Source: Gammaproteobacteria bacterium (GTDB taxonomy: Bacteria > Pseudomonadota > Gammaproteobacteria > Steroidobacterales > Rariloculaceae). From it: 64,000 nt of DNA. The notes beneath the pieces were generated by a model, which saw only the letters and a program-made list of their open reading frames with translations, made no database searches and was not told where the DNA came from. Shown piece by piece: positions 55,061 to 64,000 of the stretch. The stretch's first letter is position 1; the number at the start of each line of letters is the position of its first letter. A program made the position numbers and the translations under genes. The stretch spans positions 809 through 64,808 of the forward strand of contig JAJEFE010000003.1 in assembly GCA_022820625.1 (NCBI GenBank). Direction: 5' to 3'.

Positions 55061-56572
55061 ATGAGGCCCGCCAATGAGTGGCTGACCGCCCGGCGGGTGT
55101 TCCGAGCCCTTCGGGCGGGTTTTCTTGCTGCGCCGTTGCTGAGCGGGTGCGCGTTGCCCGTTTACGATGCCGTCGACGGTTCCGATCCGCTGACTGCGGA
55201 GTACTGCGAAATGACGCCGGCGGCGACGGGTGGCGGCCGCGTTCCCGGGTTGATCGTCGGCGCCGATATGCTAGCGCCGAATGGGCACATGCCGGGTCAC
55301 GGTGTGCACATCCGCTTCAATGGCCAGATCGGCGCGGTGGCGGAGTTCGACGCCCTGCGCACCGCCTATCCTGGCGCCGCCGTCCTGGATTGCCGGGGCA
55401 GAGCCGTGCTGTCGCCGGGCTTCGTCAACGCGCATGAACACCCGGCCTTCAGCCATGCATTTCCCGACGCTAACCTGAACCCGGGCTATGCCCACCGCGA
55501 CGAATGGCGGCTCGGAATCGGAGGCAAGGTGCGGCTACCGTCACCCGAGCCGTATTATTACGACGCCGGCGACACGGAGTCGATTGCGATACTCCTCGCC
55601 ATGGAGTTGCGCCACCTGCTGGGCGGTGCGACCGCCATCGCCGGAACCGGCGGTGTACCGGGCGTGATTCGCAACATCAATCGGCACGTACGCGACGGCG
55701 ACCCGGCGCTCTACGATGCCGAGGCGGACGTGACGACGTTCCCGTTCTCCTTCAGTGTCGTGGAGGATCTCGAGAACGAGTGCGCCGGCGGTCCCGTCCA
55801 CCGATTCCCGCCCGCGGGCGACGATCTGCCGTTCCTGGCCCATGTTGCGCACGTGGGCGAGGGCAGACCCTCAAGCTGCGCGGCGAGGGCCGAAGTGGCG
55901 CGTTACCTCGAGCGCGCACAGCGGCGCGACCGGCGCTACTCGCTGGTTCACGGCGTGGCGGCGGACCGCGAGGACTACGCTGCGATGCGCGAACTGGACG
56001 TCACGCTGGTGTGGTCGCCGCGCTCCAATCTGTCCCTTTACGGTGAAACCGTGGACATCGCGGGCGCGCTGGAGCACGGCGTGCGGGTTGCGCTTTCGAC
56101 GGACTGGTCGCCGAGCGGCTCGTTCAACATGCGCGAAGAGGTCGTGTGCGCGCGGCAGGTGGCTGAAGACGCCGGCTCGGCATTGCCGGGCGAGGCGTTG
56201 TGGCGCATGGCCACCATCAACGGCGCCTACGCGCTGGGCCTGGAAGGGCGGTTCGGCTCAATCGAGCCCGGACTGCGGGCCGACCTGATGCTCGTCAGGT
56301 CCGCCGGCGGAGATGCATACGAGACAGTGCTCGCGGCCACGGACGAGGACATTCTGGCGACCTGGATCGACGGCCGGGCCGTTCTGTTGTCCGGGTTGCT
56401 GAACGAGTCTTTAAGCGACGGGGGCTGTGAGGCGCTGGACGGCGTGGCGCCCAGGGTATGCGGGGTATTCGGCGCCTTCGGCCTGTCGGCGGAGCGTTTC
56501 GGCGACTACCTCGGGGATACCGTGCCGGTAAATGACGTCAGCGGACAGGCGGCCTGCGGGCCGCCCGGCTGA
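55061..56572 (+). CDS. lipoprotein amidohydrolase (chlorohydrolase/deaminase-like, COG0402-like)
   Basis: I chose the internal ATG at 55061 of ORF 54944..56572, 10 nt after the STAS stop. It has the lipobox LLSGC, the HxH motif GFVNAHEHPAF, and the segment VWSPRSNLSLYG...ALSTDWSPSGS. Confidence 0.7.
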   Translation: MRPANEWLTARRVFRALRAGFLAAPLLSGCALPVYDAVDGSDPLTAEYCEMTPAATGGGRVPGLIVGADMLAPNGHMPGHGVHIRFNGQIGAVAEFDALRTAYPGAAVLDCRGRAVLSPGFVNAHEHPAFSHAFPDANLNPGYAHRDEWRLGIGGKVRLPSPEPYYYDAGDTESIAILLAMELRHLLGGATAIAGTGGVPGVIRNINRHVRDGDPALYDAEADVTTFPFSFSVVEDLENECAGGPVHRFPPAGDDLPFLAHVAHVGEGRPSSCAARAEVARYLERAQRRDRRYSLVHGVAADREDYAAMRELDVTLVWSPRSNLSLYGETVDIAGALEHGVRVALSTDWSPSGSFNMREEVVCARQVAEDAGSALPGEALWRMATINGAYALGLEGRFGSIEPGLRADLMLVRSAGGDAYETVLAATDEDILATWIDGRAVLLSGLLNESLSDGGCEALDGVAPRVCGVFGAFGLSAERFGDYLGDTVPVNDVSGQAACGPPG

Positions 56573-56625
56573 GAAATGTTCCGTAGAAACGCTAGCCGCC
56601 ACCACCATATTTTGGTATTTTGTAA

Positions 56626-60491
<3,866 letters not shown>

Positions 60492-60529
60492 ACAAGTATC
60501 ATGAATCATCCGGGAGAGTTGCATCCACC

Positions 60530-60826
60530 ATGCGAATCCTGCTGCTTCTGTTGGTAGTCGCCCTGGGCCTTGTACAAGCCCGTCTGTGGTCTCCCGACGA
60601 CGGCTTGCGCGAAGTGTGGCGGCTCAGGGGCCTGATCGCCGAACGTACCCTACAGAACCGGGAATTGGCCGCGCGCAATGCGGCTCTTGAAGGCGAGGTA
60701 CAGGACCTCAAGCAAGGGCTTGCCGCAGCCGAGGAGCGCGCCCGCGCCGATCTTGGAATGATTGCCGAAGGCGAAACCTATTACCAGATCACCTCGCTGC
60801 CCTCGGCGGAAACCGCGGAACCGTAG
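60530..60826 (+). CDS. ftsB: cell division protein FtsB
   Basis: 98-aa ORF with one TM segment, a coiled coil and the C-terminal motif ..ARADLGMIAEGETYYQI. Confidence 0.85.
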   Translation: MRILLLLLVVALGLVQARLWSPDDGLREVWRLRGLIAERTLQNRELAARNAALEGEVQDLKQGLAAAEERARADLGMIAEGETYYQITSLPSAETAEP

Positions 60827-60832
60827 GTGTTT

Positions 60833-61399
60833 TCATCGCTTCCGGCGAAGCAGTACGTAGACTGCGCCGGATCCGCCGTCACGGGCGCGGGCGGATACGA
60901 AAGCCAGAACATCGTCCCACCGGGCCAACCAGCGTTGCACGCCGGTCTTGAGAACCGGGCCGCGGGGACCCGATCGCAGTCCCTTGCCGTGTATGACGCG
61001 AACGCATCCGAGGCCCCGCGCGGTTGCTTCTGCGATGAACGCCCGCAACTGCGAACGCGCCTGGTCCACCGAGAGTCCGTGCAGGTCCGTCTCGTCCTCG
61101 ATCCGGAAGCGCCCGCGGCGCAACCGGCGAAAGGTCCGTTCCGGCAGGCTGGCCCGCCGGTATGACACCTCCTCGCCGAGTTGCTCGAGGGCATCGGGAC
61201 CGTCGTCGGAACCGTGCAGACTCTCGCGCAGCACCTCCTGCCGGGCCGATCGCGTCATCGCGGCGGTTGCCGGGCGCGACCGCCGATGCAACGCGCGCTC
61301 CTCGTACCGAAGGCGCCTGACGCCGCGCATGGCGCGTGCAAAGGCTTCCTTGTCATTGCCGACAGTCAAGTCATCGCTCCGCTGCGGGGCTTTCGCCAC
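60833..61399 (-). CDS. smrB: Smr-domain endonuclease, SmrB (YfcN)-like
   Basis: 188-aa ORF. ...[28 protein letters not shown]...[11 protein letters not shown]... is colinear with E. coli SmrB as remembered. Confidence 0.75.
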   Translation of the reverse strand: MAKAPQRSDDLTVGNDKEAFARAMRGVRRLRYEERALHRRSRPATAAMTRSARQEVLRESLHGSDDGPDALEQLGEEVSYRRASLPERTFRRLRRGRFRIEDETDLHGLSVDQARSQLRAFIAEATARGLGCVRVIHGKGLRSGPRGPVLKTGVQRWLARWDDVLAFVSARARDGGSGAVYVLLRRKR

Positions 61400-61548
61400 G
61401 GGCTGGCTGTGTCCAGTATAGTGGCCTTGAAAGTGCCGAATCCAGCGATCCTGACCCGCGAGTATTGTCCCGGTATGGTGGCGAAGACCCTGAACGCCCC
61501 GTGGAGCGCGTTGCCGTGAGGCACGGCCGTGACGTTCGTGGCGTTGGC

Positions 61549-62196
61549 ATGACGTCGGCCCGCACCCGGGACCGGCTGGTCAGCCGGCTGAGACGCGAAG
61601 GTATCGCCAATGAGGCGGTGCTGGACCGGATCCGGGAAGTGCCGAGGCACCTGTTCGTGGACGAGGCCCTGGCAAGCCGCGCCTACGAAGATACCGCGCT
61701 GCCCATCGGTCTTGGCCAGACCATCTCCCAGCCCTACATCGTTGCCCTGATGACGGAGGCGCTCGTTCGCGGCCTGGCGCCGGGCGAGAAGCTCGGGCGG
61801 GTGCTGGAAATAGGCACCGGCAGCGGTTACCAGACGGCTGTCGCGGCGCCCTTTGCCCAGCACATATTCAGCATGGAGCGACTGCTTTCGCTGATCAGGC
61901 GCGCCCAGGAGCGGCTCAGGGAACTCAAGATCGGCAACGTCTCGCTGCGCCACGGTGACGGCCTGCGCGGCTGGAAAGCGGAGGCGCCTTTCCAGGGAAT
62001 CATGGTCGCCGCAGCGCCCGCGGACGTTCCCGGGGAGTTGCTCGAGCAACTGGAAGAAGGCGGGCGCATGGTCATCCCGGTCGGCGCCCGCGGAGCGCAG
62101 CGCCTGCAGTGCATCACCCGAACCGCCGATGGATACCGGCGTGAACCGCTCGGCGCCGTCAGCTTCGTGCCACTCCTGCCCGGTACCGGCAATTGA
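61549..62196 (+). CDS. pcm: protein-L-isoaspartate O-methyltransferase
   Basis: I chose the internal ATG at 61549 of ORF 61336..62196. Motifs are [27 protein letters not shown] and [13 protein letters not shown]. Confidence 0.88.
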   Translation: MTSARTRDRLVSRLRREGIANEAVLDRIREVPRHLFVDEALASRAYEDTALPIGLGQTISQPYIVALMTEALVRGLAPGEKLGRVLEIGTGSGYQTAVAAPFAQHIFSMERLLSLIRRAQERLRELKIGNVSLRHGDGLRGWKAEAPFQGIMVAAAPADVPGELLEQLEEGGRMVIPVGARGAQRLQCITRTADGYRREPLGAVSFVPLLPGTGN

Positions 62197-62768
62197 GCCT
62201 GTTTTCCGATCTCTATGACAGCGCGCTGCGATGGGCGCGGCATCGTCACGCGGAACGCTACCTGGCGGGGCTCAGCTTTGCCGAATCGTCGTTCTTTCCG
62301 ATCCCCCCGGAGGCGATCCTGGTGCCCATGACGCTGGCAGAGCCTCGCAAGGGGTGGCGGTTTGCATCGGTGACCACGGTGGCGTCCGTGCTGGGCGGCG
62401 CCGCCGGATACGCGATCGGCTGGTTCGCGGCGGACGCCGTCGAGCCGATTCTGCGGTCCGTGGGCTATTGGGACGGATATCTCCTGGCGATCGAGTGGTT
62501 TGCCATGTGGGGATTCCTGACCGTACTGGGGGCGGGATTCTCCCCGATACCCTACAAGATATTCACCATTGCGGCGGGCGCGCTGCACATGCTGTTTCCG
62601 CTGTTCGTGCTGGCGTCCCTTGTGGGCCGCGGCGCCCGATTTTTCCTGGTCGCGGGCCTGATACGCTGGGGAGGCAGGCCCATGGAGCAAAAGTTGCGCC
62701 GACATGTGGACCTCGTGGGATGGATTTCGATAGCCTTGCTGGTGGTGCTGTACCTCGTTCTGCGCTAG
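62193..62768 (+). CDS. yqaA: YqaA-family (DedA/SNARE-associated-like) inner-membrane protein
   Basis: 191-aa ORF with a TTG start that overlaps the pcm stop. The motif is [20 protein letters not shown]. Four or five TM segments are predicted. Confidence 0.7.
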   Translation: MSLFSDLYDSALRWARHRHAERYLAGLSFAESSFFPIPPEAILVPMTLAEPRKGWRFASVTTVASVLGGAAGYAIGWFAADAVEPILRSVGYWDGYLLAIEWFAMWGFLTVLGAGFSPIPYKIFTIAAGALHMLFPLFVLASLVGRGARFFLVAGLIRWGGRPMEQKLRRHVDLVGWISIALLVVLYLVLR

Positions 62769-62792
62769 CGTTATCGGGCTCTGGAAGAAAGC

Positions 62793-63764
62793 ATGCAAAT
62801 TCGACGTACCTCCGGGCTGCTGGCGGCCGCGCTGCTGGCGGTGGCCTGCACTCCGACCCTGGTCAACTTTGCGCCCCGCGTGCATGTGGTGCAGCCGGGG
62901 GACACGCTGTTCTCCATCGCGTGGCGCTATCAGATCGACGTGCGTGAACTGGTTCTGTGGAACGAGCTTGAGAATCCCGACCTGATACTGGTGGGCCAGC
63001 AGCTTTTCCTGACGCCGTCGGGACGGGCGGGAACCCGCACTGCAAATTCCGGCAGGACATCCGCCGCGCCGCCAGCGAGTTCAGGCCCGGCGGGTCCCGC
63101 GCAGGCTGGAGCCCCGCGGCGTGGGACAATCCCGCCATCCGCCGCGCCTCCGCCAGCATCCCCGTCCACCGCACCGGCCGGTTCCGGCGGGGCCGGGAGT
63201 CCTGCGACCCCAGCGCCCGCACGGCAGGTGGCCGTTCCGCCCGCCCCGACTCCCGTCCCCACGCCGCCCCCCGCGGCGCCCGCGCGGACAACAACCGGTT
63301 CGATGGGCGCCGCGCCGGCGAGTTCCGGGCAATCCGCGGCATCTCGTCCTCAGCCTCCGCCGCCCGCGCGGCAGCCGTCCCTTGCCGTGCTGCCGGCCCC
63401 GGCGTGGCAATGGCCCATTCGGGGGGCGGTAGTGAGTCCCTACGGCGCCGCGCAAGGCACCGGAAGCGGTATCGGCATCGGTGGGCGGCTCGGCGCAGAC
63501 ATACGGGCCTCGGCGGCCGGGCAGGTGGTCTACGCCGGCGACGGCCTGGCGGCCTACGGGAATCTCGTCATCATCAAGCACAACGATACGTTCCTGAGCG
63601 CGTACGGACACAACGACGAGCTGATGGTCGGGGAGGGTGATGCCGTGCGGCAGGGCGACGTAATCGCGAGAATGGGCATGGGTCCTGAACGCCGGCCGCA
63701 GGTGCACTTCGAGATTCGCCGCAACGGCACCCCGGTGGATCCCCTTGGATATCTGCCGAACTAG
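62793..63764 (+). CDS. nlpD: LysM/M23-peptidase lipoprotein NlpD
   Basis: 323-aa ORF with a lipobox-like LLAVAC and a LysM domain (HVVQPGDTLFSIAWRYQIDV). A long Pro/Ala-rich linker follows, then an M23 domain (GQVVYAGDGLAAYGNLVIIKHND.FLSAYGHN). Confidence 0.85.
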   Translation: MQIRRTSGLLAAALLAVACTPTLVNFAPRVHVVQPGDTLFSIAWRYQIDVRELVLWNELENPDLILVGQQLFLTPSGRAGTRTANSGRTSAAPPASSGPAGPAQAGAPRRGTIPPSAAPPPASPSTAPAGSGGAGSPATPAPARQVAVPPAPTPVPTPPPAAPARTTTGSMGAAPASSGQSAASRPQPPPPARQPSLAVLPAPAWQWPIRGAVVSPYGAAQGTGSGIGIGGRLGADIRASAAGQVVYAGDGLAAYGNLVIIKHNDTFLSAYGHNDELMVGEGDAVRQGDVIARMGMGPERRPQVHFEIRRNGTPVDPLGYLPN

Positions 63765-63774
63765 TGCTGGACTG

Positions 63775-64000
63775 CTAGGGAACGAACAGCGCCGCGACCA
63801 CGGAACGGCCTTCATGGAGCAGCACGTTGTAGGTTCTGCATGCCGCCGGCGTGTCCATGATTTCCAGGCCGATCCCGCGCTCCGCCATGAGCGCCATCAG
63901 GTCGAGTTTCGGCCTCAGCAGTGTCTCCCCGGTTCCAAGTATGACGATGTCGGGTTCCGTCGCCAGCGCCGGTTCCAGGTCGCCAGGACCCAATTCCTCC
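63775..64000 (-). CDS. Mth938-like (DUF498/NDUFAF3-like) domain protein; the 5' part is probably beyond the window edge
   Basis: The ORF 63775..63993 C-terminal sequence ...PDIVILGTGETLLRPKLDLMALMAERGIGLEIMDTPAACRTYNVLLHEGRSVVAAL is typical of the family. The frame continues to the window end. Confidence 0.6.
   Translation of the reverse strand, partial: EELGPGDLEPALATEPDIVILGTGETLLRPKLDLMALMAERGIGLEIMDTPAACRTYNVLLHEGRSVVAALFVP

Overview
High-GC gammaproteobacterial chromosome segment, mostly core genome; hand counts give about 65-73 % G+C in coding lines. All family calls rest on motif recognition from the supplied translations and my own reading of the DNA, with no database search. Layout: (i) 1-5.2 kb is an accessory-looking block lying 3' of a tRNA-Ala/tRNA-Glu pair. 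It holds a truncated IS1634-like transposase abutting a beheaded alpha/beta hydrolase, an ech-fcs hydroxycinnamoyl-CoA module and an exported Rossmann protein. (ii) 5.4-15.3 kb holds mobA, a coupled formylglutamate-amidohydrolase-like/GCS2-ligase pair, a ~1.6 kb low-GC islet (yhhQ, an orphan small basic protein and a 30 % GC spacer) directly upstream of dusA, then pckG, a YoaA/DinG helicase and tsaB. (iii) 15.4-25 kb is a Pho supra-locus: phoB-phoR-phoU-dsbB converges on pstS-pstC-pstA-pstB-porin. The two arms are separated by a 143-bp element with perfect 27-bp inverted repeats, and the porin has two tandem Pho boxes. (iv) 25-64 kb is the classical block dapE/dapD-glnD-map | rpsB-tsf-pyrH-frr-uppS-cdsA-rseP-bamA-skp-lpxD-fabZ-lpxA-lpxB-rnhB-dnaE-accA-tilS-pyrG-kdsA-eno-ftsB ... 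pcm-nlpD. Departures from the usual order and form are the main points of interest. dxr, ispD/ispF and surE are absent from their usual slots. A photolyase sits between dnaE and accA. A four-gene module of exported or unknown-function proteins sits between tilS and pyrG (DUF6152-like fusion, two lipoprotein amidohydrolases, an orphan STAS protein). lpxD has conserved N-terminal coding sequence that lies upstream of any ATG/GTG/TTG. rpsB carries a ~170-residue basic-then-acidic tail. I saw no CRISPR array, rRNA, prophage or recognisable defence system. The most system-like unexplained piece is the 52.1-56.6 kb insertion.
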